Shown: positions 23,344 to 34,008, counted from the stretch's first letter. The stretch: DNA of 64,000 nt from Gammaproteobacteria bacterium (GCA_965222155.1 CBDCTH010000012.1:1248001-1312000), one strand, 5' to 3'. Program-made: numbers and translations. The notes: a model not told the origin generated them from the sequence alone.

Positions 23344-24292
23344 TCAGGGTAGAGCGTAAGGCCCAAGGAACCGCGGGCCATTAAAGTGGATCAGGTGCGA
23401 TGGGGCATCGGCTACCCAGACCTCTGTTTCCCAGGCAATCTCGGCTAGATACTGCCCCATGAGAATACGGTTTGGGAAAGCGGTCACATATACTAAGCCG
23501 GCCGTTGAACCCACGAACAGCTTGCCAAGTTCGTTGTGTCGTTTGCTATCGACAGGACCATGACTGGTAACGGACTCAACTAAAAGTAACCAGTTTTTCC
23601 TGGTGTAATACAGCACCACATCGGGCATTTTGCCATGTGTATCAACATTGACACCGAGCCCGGATAGGAGGGTTTCATCAAAGTAGCCCCACTTGTCACC
23701 TGCATCACCTGCATAGACCAATAAACTACCCGGTGTAAAACGCGGTGCAAATTCCTCTATGACTGATCAGTTCACTATGGGCGCCGGGACTGAGAGTAAT
23801 CTGCTTACCCGAAGCTACTACAACAGGTATGCGCTCCAGTTCACGTTCTTTGGCATAACGGGATATTAAAGTTTCGCGCACAGCCAGATAGTCTGTCAGC
23901 GCTTCAGACCATTCAGGGGTGTTGAAGATGCGCAGCAAAGCCAATGTAGCAGGTTTAATCTGATAGACAGCTTTTGGGCTGTTTACCGGACGGTCAGGCC
24001 TATCAGGGTTATATAGCGCGATACCCGCATCACAGAACTGGTGTATTGTTTGGCGGCGTATAGTTTCGCGAGTATTCGGAGCGTACTCCTTATCATAGTG
24101 ATCCCTTATCCATTCCATAATGGGTGTAATACCCATGAGCGGGTTTTCTGCTTCAGACCATGCTTTGTCGGGCGTCAGGTTCAGTAATGCCAATAAGCTG
24201 AGTGCAGAACGTTCATTCTGCTGTGCTCTCGGTAGGCCCAAAGCGGTGATGATCTCTGACGCGGTCTCGATATAATCCTGTTTATCTTTCAT
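23344..24292 (-). pseudogene. BsuBI/PstI-family type II restriction endonuclease, frameshifted
   Basis: YAPNTRET.RRQT.HQF and HGKMPDVV...ESVTSHGP lie in different frames; the shift is near 23763 (GAHSELI / VIEEFAPRF). Confidence 0.88.
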
Positions 24293-25755
24293 GCGTTGAG
24301 CGTATCAATCTTGTCGCTAATCATGGTCTGAGAGATTTCTCCACACTGTAAAGCCCAATTACCAAGCTCAACCAGAGCGGCGCGACTTGGGTATTTCATT
24401 AGTCTGAGGTCGGTTGCATTGACTTGGGTATGACCACTGAAACGTCGGAAATGATTATCAATGACGCTGGAATTAAGATACACAGCCAGCCCATACGCTA
24501 AGGCCTGCGGTAAACCATGCTTGTTTTCATGGAACAGGTTTAAGTGGTTTTCGAAACCCAGCAAAGGGGCGTTATCGAATATGGCGGGTTCTACTACACT
24601 TGCAATGATTCGACGTTTTTCCTCTTTGGAGGAAAAACGTCTTACCACGCAATAAAAACCGGACGGATACAACCATTTTTCGGTATCTCTGGTATGCCGG
24701 ATCGCATTCGGTTTTTTCATCCCATAAACAGGCCAGCTGGCGCCATTGCTGTCGAAATGACCGGGATAGAGCAACGGAACGCAACCTGGCTCAGGTACAT
24801 CAAGCAAATGCTCCTTCAAGCGGAAGTCAACGACAGGGCCGGTAGAAACTGTGATGCCGAGTTCACTAAGCGAGTAACGAATAGCTGGGTTTAAATTGAG
24901 ACAGTCCACAGGAGACGCAGGGATGTGAATAAATCGTTCTGCATCATCCGGGAATACGACTTGATTAAACGGATAATTATGGATAGTCAGGTCAGAGAAA
25001 CTGTCATCGGTCGAAGTGGAAACAGTTACCTGTCCTTGTCTTCCACCACGCTCAAGTCGGATAATGATGTTTTCTTGGAGTACGTCATCGTCCTTAAATG
25101 CCTTTTTGCGAGATTCGAATAAATGCAGGCGCCGAATAGCTGTATGAGTCAGGATAAAGTCACGGAAGGGACGATAATACGGGCCATTGCAAAAGCTGCG
25201 GGGAATGATCGCAACAATCTGTCCACCAGGCACGGACAGCGCAACAGCCAACGCCACAAATGCTGAATAGAGGTTGACTGTTTCAATTCCAACCTGACGT
25301 AAGAGCAAGCGGTATTTGGAGTTGCTTCTGATTTTCTTATAAGGTGGGTTTAGAATAGCGTGTGTGAAATCGTATTTTTGAAACTGAAGCGCATTTACTG
25401 CTTCTTCTATGAAATCGTCTCCAATGGCTTCAAATGAAAAGTTACATTGTTGAATATAATGCAAAAGGGACTGTTCAAGTTCTCCATGGATACTACGGTC
25501 AATTTCAAAAGCCTTTAGTTGAATCTCCTCGAAATTGAGGTTGCCGTTTACGCAGCGCTCAAGAAATGCGCATGAAAGAGAGCCTATACCCGCTCCTGCA
25601 TCAAGCAGACGACAAACACCACCGGATGCCGGGAAAAGTCCCGCCATGAATGATGCGATATTTGCAGGAGTGAGGAATTGACCCAGTTCCGATTTCTTTT
25701 TCGCGGTGGTGCGTCTCGAAACTTTCAAACGTGTCTGGTCGACGAGTGATAACAA
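24289..25755 (-). CDS. BsuBI/PstI-type N6-adenine DNA methyltransferase
   Basis: GQFLTP, LDAGAGIG, NPPY and RRFSGHTQVNATDL; overlaps the cognate endonuclease start. Confidence 0.92.
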   Translation of the reverse strand: MLSLVDQTRLKVSRRTTAKKKSELGQFLTPANIASFMAGLFPASGGVCRLLDAGAGIGSLSCAFLERCVNGNLNFEEIQLKAFEIDRSIHGELEQSLLHYIQQCNFSFEAIGDDFIEEAVNALQFQKYDFTHAILNPPYKKIRSNSKYRLLLRQVGIETVNLYSAFVALAVALSVPGGQIVAIIPRSFCNGPYYRPFRDFILTHTAIRRLHLFESRKKAFKDDDVLQENIIIRLERGGRQGQVTVSTSTDDSFSDLTIHNYPFNQVVFPDDAERFIHIPASPVDCLNLNPAIRYSLSELGITVSTGPVVDFRLKEHLLDVPEPGCVPLLYPGHFDSNGASWPVYGMKKPNAIRHTRDTEKWLYPSGFYCVVRRFSSKEEKRRIIASVVEPAIFDNAPLLGFENHLNLFHENKHGLPQALAYGLAVYLNSSVIDNHFRRFSGHTQVNATDLRLMKYPSRAALVELGNWALQCGEISQTMISDKIDTLNA

Positions 25756-25862
25756 AATCTTACCTCCTGTACCCGCTTGAGTGCATAACAGGGTTACGGC
25801 CTATTACCTGACACTAATATATCACATGCTAATGCACTTTGTTGACTGCGCTCAGCAGGTTT

Positions 25863-26030
25863 CAGCAGTTCCCGCTAACTTCCGGGACCGATGGCATCCT
25901 GCCCTCGTGGAGGGCGAGACGCCCTCCCTCCCAGGGAAACATGTCCCCTTGGGGACAGATTTAAATCTGTCCCCCTTGCCCGAATCCGGCAAGAATCACT
26001 GTATTGACCTCGATTTAGCGGGAACGGCTG
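25863..26030. mobile_element. MITE, CAGNNNTTCCCGCTAA family
   Basis: TIRs CAGCAGTTCCCGCTAAC / TTTAGCGGGAACGGCTG; perfect 9-bp target duplication AGCAGGTTT at 25854-25862 and 26031-26039. Confidence 0.9.
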
Positions 26031-26234
26031 AGCAGGTTTTGTGATATCGACAGCCATTTCGGAAGTCTATGTGGAGGCAACCAACTAAGAACTTTGGAAC
26101 TATCTGACCTCACGGCAACAAGCGACCTGGGAGAAATCCGGGCTAAACATAGATAGCTTCTTTCCAGAAATGCTGTCTAATACTTATTTAAAATCTCTGT
26201 GCCTTCTGTGGCGCAACATTTACTGCAGACAGGT

Positions 26235-27599
26235 TTATGAACTGAACTCCCGCACCAACGCACCGATGGATTCCTTGGCGTCCCCGAACAGCATACGGGT
26301 GTTTTCACCGAAGAACAGCGGGTTGTCGACACCGGCAAAGCCGGCCGCCATGGAGCGTTTCAGTACGAATACCGTCTTCGCGTAATCCACGTTGATGATC
26401 GGCATGCCGTAAATGGGGCTGTCCTCCATCTCTCTGGCTGCCGGGTTGACCACGTCGTTGGCGCCGATGACGATGGCTACGTCCATCATCTCCATGCGCG
26501 GGTTGATATCCTCCATTTCGATGAGCAGGTCATAAGGCACGTCCGCTTCTGCCAGCAGGACATTCATGTGTCCGGGCATACGGCCGGCCACCGGGTGGAT
26601 GGCGTAGCTTACTTCAGCGCCATTTTTTTCCAGCAGTTCTTGCAGCTCCTTGACCACATGCTGGGCCTGGGCCACGGCCATGCCGTAACCGGGTACGACG
26701 ACGACACTGCTGGCCGCCTCGAGGATGTAATAAGCGTCATCCGGGGTAATGGGCTTCACTTCGCCCTCCACCTTGGCCAGGGCCGTCTTGACGGCGCCGA
26801 AACCGCTGAACAGCACGTTGGCCAGGGAGCGGTTCATGGCCTTGCACATGATGTTGGTGAGAATGATGCCGGTGGCGCCCACCAGGGAACCGGCGACGAT
26901 CAGGATGTTGTTGTTGATGGCAAAACCGGCGGCACAGGCGGCAAGGCCGGAATAGCTGTTGAGCAATGAAATTACTACGGGCATGTCGGCGCCGCCGATG
27001 GGGATGACCGCCATGACGCCGAACAGGAACGACAAGCCAATCAGGATATACAGGTAGTTGGTGTTCGCCGGTTCCTGGCAGAACATCACACCGACTATAA
27101 TGATGGCAAGCAGCAACAGGCTGTTGAAAATACGCTGTCCGGTGAAGATATAGGGACGTCCTGAGATGACCTCACTTAATTTTCCATAGGCGATCAGGCT
27201 GCCGGTAAACGTCAAACCGCCGATGAGGATCGACAGGAAGATGGTTACGATGGTAAAGGTGGAGTCGGCGCCGGAATGCAGTGCGGCCCAGCCCACGAAC
27301 AGGCTGGCGATACCGCCGAAACCGTTGAGCAGCGCCACCATTTCCGGCATGGCAGTCATGGCAATCAGGCGGGCGGCCAGTGCGCCAATCATGCCGCCGA
27401 CCACCAGGCCGACGATAATCCAGCGGAAATCGACGATGGAATGATCCAGCAGGGTGACGACGATGGCGAGTAACATACCCAGCGCCGACACCAGGTTGCC
27501 GTTACGCGCGGTTGCTGGCGAACTCAGCATTTTCAGGCCGAATATGAATAATACGGCCGCAGCCACGTAAGTCAGGTTGATCAGTAATTCATTACTCAT
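26235..27599 (-). CDS. pntB: NAD(P) transhydrogenase beta subunit
   Basis: GGADMPVVIS.LNSYSG, PGYGMAVAQAQ and HPVAGRMPGHMNVLLAEA. Confidence 0.98.
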   Translation of the reverse strand: MSNELLINLTYVAAAVLFIFGLKMLSSPATARNGNLVSALGMLLAIVVTLLDHSIVDFRWIIVGLVVGGMIGALAARLIAMTAMPEMVALLNGFGGIASLFVGWAALHSGADSTFTIVTIFLSILIGGLTFTGSLIAYGKLSEVISGRPYIFTGQRIFNSLLLLAIIIVGVMFCQEPANTNYLYILIGLSFLFGVMAVIPIGGADMPVVISLLNSYSGLAACAAGFAINNNILIVAGSLVGATGIILTNIMCKAMNRSLANVLFSGFGAVKTALAKVEGEVKPITPDDAYYILEAASSVVVVPGYGMAVAQAQHVVKELQELLEKNGAEVSYAIHPVAGRMPGHMNVLLAEADVPYDLLIEMEDINPRMEMMDVAIVIGANDVVNPAAREMEDSPIYGMPIINVDYAKTVFVLKRSMAAGFAGVDNPLFFGENTRMLFGDAKESIGALVREFSS

Positions 27600-27886
27600 T
27601 TTTCAGCACCTTCCCTTTTCTTGAACATGGACAGCATGCGGTTGGTCACCATGTAACCGCCGACCACGTTGATCGAGGCGAACGTGACTCCCAGGGTGCC
27701 GAGCAACGTCGCCATTTCAGCGCTGCCTGCGCCGGCAGAGGTCAGGGCGCCGACCAGGGTGATGCCGGAAATGGCGTTGGCCCCGGACATAAGCGGGGTA
27801 TGCAGGGTGGCTGGTACTTTACTGATCAACTCAAAGCCCAGGAATATGGACAGGACCAGGATGAATGTCAGGTATACGGCTTCCAT
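27596..27886 (-). CDS. pntA: NAD(P) transhydrogenase alpha subunit, part 2
   Basis: VPATLHTPLMSGANAISG and NVVGGY.VT.RML.MF. Confidence 0.95.
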   Translation of the reverse strand: MEAVYLTFILVLSIFLGFELISKVPATLHTPLMSGANAISGITLVGALTSAGAGSAEMATLLGTLGVTFASINVVGGYMVTNRMLSMFKKREGAEK

Positions 27887-27896
27887 TGATAGCTCC

Positions 27897-29030
27897 TTAG
27901 CGTTGCAGGTTCTTGATGGTTTCGTTGACGATGGCGCCGCCGTGGGTTATCAGGCAGCCCTGGATGATGTCGTTCTCGGCGTTGAGTACAAAGGACTTGT
28001 TTTCTTCGTCCCAGTATTCGTTCAACATGTTATACAGGTTGGACGAATACATCTGGCTGGCGTCACGGCATACGTAATTGGGCCAGTTGCCCTGGCCGAT
28101 GATGGCGACGCCGTTGACAAGGACTTCCTGTCCGGCCTCCGAGCCTTCCACGTTGCCGCCGGTTTCCGCAGCCATGTCGACGATCACGCTACCGGGTTGC
28201 ATGGCTTCCACCATGTCACGGGTCACCAGCACAGGCGCCTTGCGCCCGAATACCTGGGCAGTGGTGATGACGATATCGGATTCGGCAATGGCCGCCTTCT
28301 GGCCCTGGCGTTGTATTTCAATCTGTTCCGGGGTCAGTTCCCGGGCATAGCCGTCCTTGGTCTCGCCCGTTTCACCCAGGTCAATCTCAAGGAATTTTGC
28401 GCCGACGGAACGCACCTGCTCGGCCACGACGGGGCGGGTATCGAAGGCCGTCACCTTGGCGCCCAGCCGTTTGGCCGTGGCGATGGCCTGCAATCCGGCG
28501 ACACCGGCGCCGATGACGAATACCCGGGCCGGTTTTATGGTGCCGGCGGGCGTCATCATCATGGGCAGGAGACGGTCTAACCTGTTGGCGGCCATCATCA
28601 CGGCGACATAGCCGGCCAGGTTGGCCTGGGAGCTGAGCGCGTCCATCTTTTGCGACAAGGTGGTGCGGGGGATCATCTCCATGCTGATAGCGCTGACACC
28701 CTGTTTTGCCAGGGCATCCACCAACTCGCCTTCATTAAAAGGGTCCAGGTAGCTGATATGAATACAGCCCTGTTTTATCTGTCCGACTTCCCCTGACTCC
28801 GGCTTGCGGATGCGCAGTATGATATCGGATTTCGTAAGTATATCGTTCCGGTTGGAAGCAATCGTGGCGCCGGCCTCGGTATAGGCCTCATCGGCAAAGC
28901 CGGCACCTTGCCCCAGCGCGGCCTCCACCGTTAATTCCGCACCGAGTTTGACCAGTTTTTTTACCGTATCAGGGATAACGGCGACCCGGTTCTCACCCGG
29001 ATGAGTCTCCTTAAGAACACCAATTTGCAT
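27897..29030 (-). CDS. pntA: NAD(P) transhydrogenase alpha subunit, part 1
   Basis: KE...GE.RVA..P, MDALSSQANLAGY and GAGVAGLQAIATA. Confidence 0.97.
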   Translation of the reverse strand: MQIGVLKETHPGENRVAVIPDTVKKLVKLGAELTVEAALGQGAGFADEAYTEAGATIASNRNDILTKSDIILRIRKPESGEVGQIKQGCIHISYLDPFNEGELVDALAKQGVSAISMEMIPRTTLSQKMDALSSQANLAGYVAVMMAANRLDRLLPMMMTPAGTIKPARVFVIGAGVAGLQAIATAKRLGAKVTAFDTRPVVAEQVRSVGAKFLEIDLGETGETKDGYARELTPEQIEIQRQGQKAAIAESDIVITTAQVFGRKAPVLVTRDMVEAMQPGSVIVDMAAETGGNVEGSEAGQEVLVNGVAIIGQGNWPNYVCRDASQMYSSNLYNMLNEYWDEENKSFVLNAENDIIQGCLITHGGAIVNETIKNLQR

Positions 29031-29390
29031 AAAAAAGCCCCTCTGGCAGGTTTGTAAGTGTCAGGTATCAGTGCACCGGGCCTCGCCCCCTCGGCATCCA
29101 GTATCCGGCGCATATATGGTGTGTGGCGGCCGATTGCAGCCGCCATTGCTAAAGCGGCACAAATACTAACACAAAGAAAAATGCAAAACTACCAGTAGTT
29201 GTGAACCAGTAGTTGTGAAGTTCGCCAACCGTCTTTCAATGTTCCGGCAGGACTGCGTGGAGAATATCTGCGCATACGTTATGGTATTGAGCTGGAAGAG
29301 CGGCTATAGTGATGCCGACCAAATCATTTATCCGAAGTAGAAGTAGATTATACACCCCCAACTACATAACAGAAAAAGAGAGACCATAAG

Positions 29391-29621
29391 ATGAAAGAAG
29401 TTTTAACGGCAGTATTTGAAAAGTCATCGTATGGATACATCGGGTATGTTGAAGAATTGCCCGGCGCCAACACGCAAGGTAAAACTCTGGAAGAGACCAA
29501 AAAAAACGTGATTGAAGCCATCCAACTTGTATTACAGGCAAATCGGCAATTGGCGGAAGAACAAATAACCGCTACCAAGTCAGATGTTGTGAAAGAGGCT
29601 CTTGGCAGCATATCTATATAA
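29391..29621 (+). CDS. HicB-family antitoxin (short)
   Basis: YIGYVEELPGANTQGKTLEE...N..EAI.LVL. Confidence 0.88.
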   Translation: MKEVLTAVFEKSSYGYIGYVEELPGANTQGKTLEETKKNVIEAIQLVLQANRQLAEEQITATKSDVVKEALGSISI

Positions 29622-29794
29622 AACGGCGGGTATTAATACGCCGTATTGAAAAAATGGGCTGTGAATTGTTGCGAGAAGGTGGTAACCATAGCGTCTACGT
29701 CAACCGTCTAAAAAAGAAGGTCACTACTGTTCCGAGGCACAGGGAAATTGATGAAAATCTTGCCAAGCGGATATTCAAGGATTTAGAAATATAA
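29618..29794 (+). pseudogene. HicA-family toxin with ATA in place of the start codon
   Basis: (I)KRRVLIRRIEKMGCELLREGGNHSVY...TVPRHREIDENLAKRIFKDLEI*; the start overlaps the hicB stop as ATAA rather than ATGA. Confidence 0.8.
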
Positions 29795-30042
29795 ATTTTA
29801 AAGATGAGTCTCCTTAAGAACACCAATTTGCATAAAAAAGCCCCTCTGGCAGATTTGTAAATGTCAGGTATCAAAGCGCCGGGGATCATCCCCTCAGCAT
29901 TCGGTATCCGGCGCAGATATGGTGTGTGGCGGCCGATTACAGCCGCCATTGCTAAAACGGCGCAGATGCTAACATAAACATAAATTCAAAACTACCAGAA
30001 GTTGTAAACCAGAAGTTGTAAAGCCTGCAGGACAAGTACTCT

Positions 30043-30121
30043 CGTCATTCCGGCGAATGCCGGAATCCAGTAAACAAGGAATACTTTATTTGACTGGATT
30101 CCGGCATTCGCCGGAATGACG
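30043..30121. repeat. REP-like long inverted repeat
   Basis: CGTCATTCCGGCGAATGCCGGAATCCAGT ... ACTGGATTCCGGCATTCGCCGGAATGACG, perfect arms. Confidence 0.85.
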
Positions 30122-30146
30122 GGTTGCTATTTGATAGAATACGCTG

Positions 30147-31187
30147 ATGAAACTTGGCGTTGTTGTCGGCTACTCACAGAATGAAGTCAAACTGCCCATG
30201 GAGGAAATCCTGGAGGCGGAACGGCTCGGCTATGATTCCGTCTGGACGGCGGAGGCTTATGGTTCCGATGCGCTGACCCCGGCGGCCTGGATACTGGCAA
30301 AGACCACAAGGATTAAGGTGGGCACCGCCATCATGCAAATCCCCGCCCGTACCCCGACCTCTACCGCCATGAGCGCCATGACGCTGCAGAGCCTGTCCGG
30401 CGGGCGCTTCATACTAGGCCTGGGTCCTTCCGGTCCCCAGGTGGTGGAGGGCTGGTACGGGGCGACATACGCCAGACCCTTGACGAGGATGCGGGAATAC
30501 ATTGATATTATCCGGCAGGTAATTGCCCGGGAGGCGCCGGTACAGTACAGCGGTTATCATTACCGGTTGCCGTATCAGGGCAAGGACAGCACCGGCCTGG
30601 GTAAACCGTTGAAAAGCATCCTGCACGGCGACCCCGACATGAACATCTATACCGCCGCTATTACCGCCGGCGGCATCCGACTGGCCGCAGAAATGGCCGA
30701 CGGATTTTTCCCGTTATGGATGAACCCGGACAGGTACGATTTGTTTGCCTCCGCCATCGAAACCGGGCTGGCAGCAGCAGGCAGGGAAAAAAGCAAGGAG
30801 GAGTTTGACGTGGCCCCGTTTGTCCGCGTCTGCATGGGCTATGACCTGGAAAAATGCCGTAACGTGGCAAAACGGGAACTGGCCCTGTACATCGGCGGCA
30901 TGGGCGCCAGGGATAAAAACTTCTACAATAACTATGCCAGGCAGTTGGGGTATGAAGAAGCCGCCATAAAGATTCAGGACCTGTTCCTGACCGGGAAAAA
31001 ACCGGAGGCTGTTGCAGCAGTCCCCGATGAACTGGTGGACGACGTCGCCCTGGTCGGTCCGCCTGACCGTATCAGGCATAACCTTGAGCGCTGGAAAGAA
31101 GCCGGTAAAAAAGGACATGTCGGCACCTTTCTGGCATCCGGGGCATCGATACAGGCGTTACGCTTGCTGGCTGAAGAACTGCTATAA
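30147..31187 (+). CDS. LLM-class (putatively F420-dependent) oxidoreductase
   Basis: AE.LGYDSVWTAEAYGSDA, GRFILGLGPSGPQVVEGW and ALYIGGMGA..KNFYN. Confidence 0.88.
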   Translation: MKLGVVVGYSQNEVKLPMEEILEAERLGYDSVWTAEAYGSDALTPAAWILAKTTRIKVGTAIMQIPARTPTSTAMSAMTLQSLSGGRFILGLGPSGPQVVEGWYGATYARPLTRMREYIDIIRQVIAREAPVQYSGYHYRLPYQGKDSTGLGKPLKSILHGDPDMNIYTAAITAGGIRLAAEMADGFFPLWMNPDRYDLFASAIETGLAAAGREKSKEEFDVAPFVRVCMGYDLEKCRNVAKRELALYIGGMGARDKNFYNNYARQLGYEEAAIKIQDLFLTGKKPEAVAAVPDELVDDVALVGPPDRIRHNLERWKEAGKKGHVGTFLASGASIQALRLLAEELL

Positions 31188-31228
31188 ATAATTGTCGTTA
31201 TGGATGAAGGCACCGTATGCCAATCCGC

Positions 31229-31256
31229 TTGACAAGTATACATATATGTGTACTAT
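31229..31256 (+). promoter_or_regulatory. Sigma70-like promoter with a palindromic operator for the hicAB pair
   Basis: TTGACA-N16-TACTAT overlapping the near-palindrome AGTATACATATATGTGTACT. Confidence 0.6.
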
Positions 31257-31262
31257 GGCCAG

Positions 31263-31433
31263 GTGAAAAGGAGAGATTTGGAAAAGGCGCTCATCAACCT
31301 GGACTGGTACTTCCTGAGGCACGGAAATAAACACGATGTCTGGACGGATGGAGAACGGCAGGAAGCAATTCCGTGACACAAGGAAATTAATGAAATATTA
31401 GCCAAAGCTATCATACGAAGGGCAGAAAAATGA
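31263..31433 (+). pseudogene. HicA-family toxin with an internal stop
   Basis: MKRRDLEKAL...RHGNKHDVW...EAIP*HKEINEILAKAIIRRAEK; TGA at 31374 sits where PRH has Arg. Confidence 0.85.
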
Positions 31434-31849
31434 AATTACAAGGCAAGGCATTTAAAAATGGCAAGTTCTGGTTAGCGGATATCCCTTTCCTTGAGTTGAT
31501 GACTCAGGGCCGAACAAAAAAGGAATTACTCCTGATGGTAGAAGATCTAATTGTCACATTAGCTGATAAAAAAGAATTTGAGGTAAATGTCAAATGCACT
31601 AAAGACGGAATTCTCGAAATTGGTTCGAATGATAATAAGGTGATGATAGGCTTGCTGCTTAAACGCAAACGGCAATTAAACAACTTAACCATTAAACAAG
31701 TAGCTGAGCGCATGGGTTCAACATCCAAAAACGCTTACGCCCGTTATGAACAGGGCAAAACTCTGCCAAGCATTGATAAACTCCAGGATCTGTTAAATGC
31801 GACCGGCCCATTTTCCGACCTGGTGATCTCGCAAGCCCGGCTTGCATAG
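31430..31849 (+). CDS. HicB-like antitoxin with a C-terminal XRE HTH
   Basis: WLA.IP.L..MTQG.T..E and QVAERMG....AYARYEQG...PS. Confidence 0.85.
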   Translation: MKLQGKAFKNGKFWLADIPFLELMTQGRTKKELLLMVEDLIVTLADKKEFEVNVKCTKDGILEIGSNDNKVMIGLLLKRKRQLNNLTIKQVAERMGSTSKNAYARYEQGKTLPSIDKLQDLLNATGPFSDLVISQARLA

Positions 31850-32120
31850 CGAAGTACTGGGTAAGAAGCTACTATCGACTTTCCCGATCTTTAACGATTA
31901 ACACAATCACCATGTCGTTAACAACTTCTTACGACATCACCATTACCTCCCGGCCGGAGGTTGGCAAGAATGAACTTCAGGTCTCACATCACAGTCAATG
32001 GACACCGCTGGCTGATACAACATAGAAAACCCGCCCCCGGATCAAGGCGGGATACGTGAATACTTACCGGGTTACGACAGGTGGTTTACGGCTGAACCGC
32101 AATGAGGCACCTGTGGGCAT

Positions 32121-32153
32121 ATCCAACCGATGCACAACTGCGCATCGGTTGGA
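32121..32153. terminator. Hairpin downstream of yccA
   Basis: ATCCAACCGATGC ... GCATCGGTTGGAT. Confidence 0.55.
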
Positions 32154-32169
32154 TTGACATTAGCTGTTT

Positions 32170-32838
32170 TCAGTCTCTGCCGGCAAATGCACCGAGCAGG
32201 TGCAGCAGGCTGGTGAACAGGTTAAAGATGGCGACGTACAGGGTTATCGTGGCCATGATGTAGTTGGTTTCGCCACCGTGGATCATCTCACTGGTCTGGT
32301 ACAGGATCAGGCCGGACATCAACAGGATGAATATGGCTGACACGGCCAGCGCCATGACCGGTATGCTGAATATGGCAGCGCAGATCCCCATCAAGAAGGC
32401 GACCAGTATCCCGACCATGAGGAACCCGCCCATGAAACTGAAGTCCTTGCGGGTGGTCAGGGCATAGCCGGACAATCCAAGAAAGATAACGCCGGTGCCG
32501 CCCAAGGCCAGCATTACCAGTTGCCCGCCGTTCGAGAAGTATTGCATATAGGCGTTCAGGAATGGCCCTAAGGTCAGGCCCATGAAACCGGTCAGGGCAA
32601 ACACCGCAGCCAGTCCCCAGGCGCTGTTTCTCAGTGCAGACGTCAGGTACAACAGACCGAAATAGCCTCCCAGGGTAATGAGCAGGCCCATGCTGGGAAA
32701 GTTTAATACAATGGAGATGCCCGCCGTCAGCGCACTGAACAGTAAGGTAAGGGACAGCAGGATATAGGTATTACGTATCAACTTGTTCGTGGCCAGCACC
32801 GACGGGGCCGGTTGCGCTACTGCATAACGTTGATTCAT
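32170..32838 (-). CDS. yccA: Bax inhibitor-1/YccA family membrane protein
   Basis: NKLIRNTY.LLS.TL, TTRKDFSF and GGETNYI.AT..LYV..FNLF.SLL. Confidence 0.93.
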   Translation of the reverse strand: MNQRYAVAQPAPSVLATNKLIRNTYILLSLTLLFSALTAGISIVLNFPSMGLLITLGGYFGLLYLTSALRNSAWGLAAVFALTGFMGLTLGPFLNAYMQYFSNGGQLVMLALGGTGVIFLGLSGYALTTRKDFSFMGGFLMVGILVAFLMGICAAIFSIPVMALAVSAIFILLMSGLILYQTSEMIHGGETNYIMATITLYVAIFNLFTSLLHLLGAFAGRD

Positions 32839-32873
32839 TTCAAACCTCCGGTGATTATAAAAATAACAGAATC

Positions 32874-32919
32874 ATATTAAGTGCTATAACGTTGCTTTTC
32901 AAGTTATAGCACTTAATAT
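32874..32919. repeat. Perfect 17-bp inverted repeat upstream of yccA
   Basis: ATATTAAGTGCTATAAC-N12-GTTATAGCACTTAATAT. Confidence 0.7.
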
Positions 32920-33130
32920 ATGGTGACTTCTACTCCCTGTATACTAGCGCAGAATTTTGAAAATTCAATAACAATATAAAGCCGGGATATACGGGTTGTG
33001 ATAATATCCCGCATTCTGTCCTGCAGAGAGGCTGGCCCGCAAGGGTGACCTACAGGGAAGTAGGTCACAGTGCATCGGTCTGCGGTGCGTAGTAACCTGG
33101 ACTACGTTGAAAATATCGAGTATCCAGTTT

Positions 33131-33221
33131 GGAGAGGTGGCAGAGCGGTTGAATGCACCGGTCTTGAAAACCGGCAAGGGTTAGTAGCCCTTCGTGGGTT
33201 CGAATCCCACCCTCTCCGCCA
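33131..33221 (+). tRNA. tRNA-Ser(TGA)
   Basis: GGAGAGG/CCTCTCC acceptor stem, CCGGT-CTTGAAA-ACCGG anticodon arm, long variable arm, GTTCGAATC T-loop and encoded CCA. Confidence 0.97.
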
Positions 33222-33290
33222 TAGGTGTTACGAAATTGTTGCTAAAATAGGGCTTTCGCGCCAACTCCTTGAATATTCGGGAGTATTTTT

Positions 33291-33560
33291 ATGAGCGCCC
33301 GCCCGAGAGTGCCTGTCGATGTATCGAATCCCTTAACTGACACCGCGGGTAGGATTCAGGTCAATCATTGCCGTATGCCGGATTGCGACAATTATGGTGT
33401 CGCGGCCCGCACGACCCCTGTCAAACCCGGCCCGTCTACAGACAACGACCCGCATTACAAGGTCGCCAGTACCAACAAGGGTCGGGTGTCCGCGCTGGTT
33501 TGCAAGTGTTGCGGTGAGAAACCGCCCATTAAATCCAACCAAGGGATTGCCGAGTATTGA
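33291..33560 (+). pseudogene. N-terminal fragment of the Zn-finger/DDE-like protein (paralog of 43475)
   Basis: IQVNHCRMPDCDNYG...NKGRVSALVCKCCGEKPPIKSN is shared with the 43475 ORF; ends just before the IS5 element. Confidence 0.85.
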
Positions 33561-34008
33561 CAACAACGCCGAGACCGGTCCTAATTAGTCGTCCCTGAAT
33601 AACCCCAAAAGCTATTCTAACCTATTGATTATATTTATGTAACCTGCATTTTTTCCTGCATTTTTTCCTGGACTGATATTGCCGGTTTTGGTATCATGGA
33701 CCTTCATTTTCTTGCAATATCGGAGATAAAAATGACGCCCAGACAACCTGACGCCGCTACCCGCACCTCAACCGACCTGTTCCGCGAACGCCTGGACACT
33801 ATGCTCAACCAACGCCATGCTTTATATCGCCTGGCCGACCGGGTGGACTGGTCGGTGTTTGATAAGGCATTCGGTGCGCGGTACTGCCCGGATAACGGCT
33901 GTCCGGGGAAACCGACCCGGTTGCTGGTGGGGTTGCACTATCTGACGCATTGTTACGGGTTATCCGATGAGGCGGTGGTGTCGGGCTGGGTGGAGAATCC
34001 GTACTGGC

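Larger units (their letters stand above)
29000..30023. repeat. ~220-bp imperfect direct duplication (29000-29220 and 29803-30023) of the pntA 5' end and upstream region
   Basis: GATGAGTCTCCTTAAGAACACCAATTTGCATAAAAAAGCCCCTCTGGCAG occurs at both sites, offset 803 bp. Confidence 0.9.

Noticed and set aside
30147-31187. Evidence for F420 biosynthesis
   Set aside because: A single LLM-family gene does not establish the cofactor, and no cof/fbi genes are in the window.
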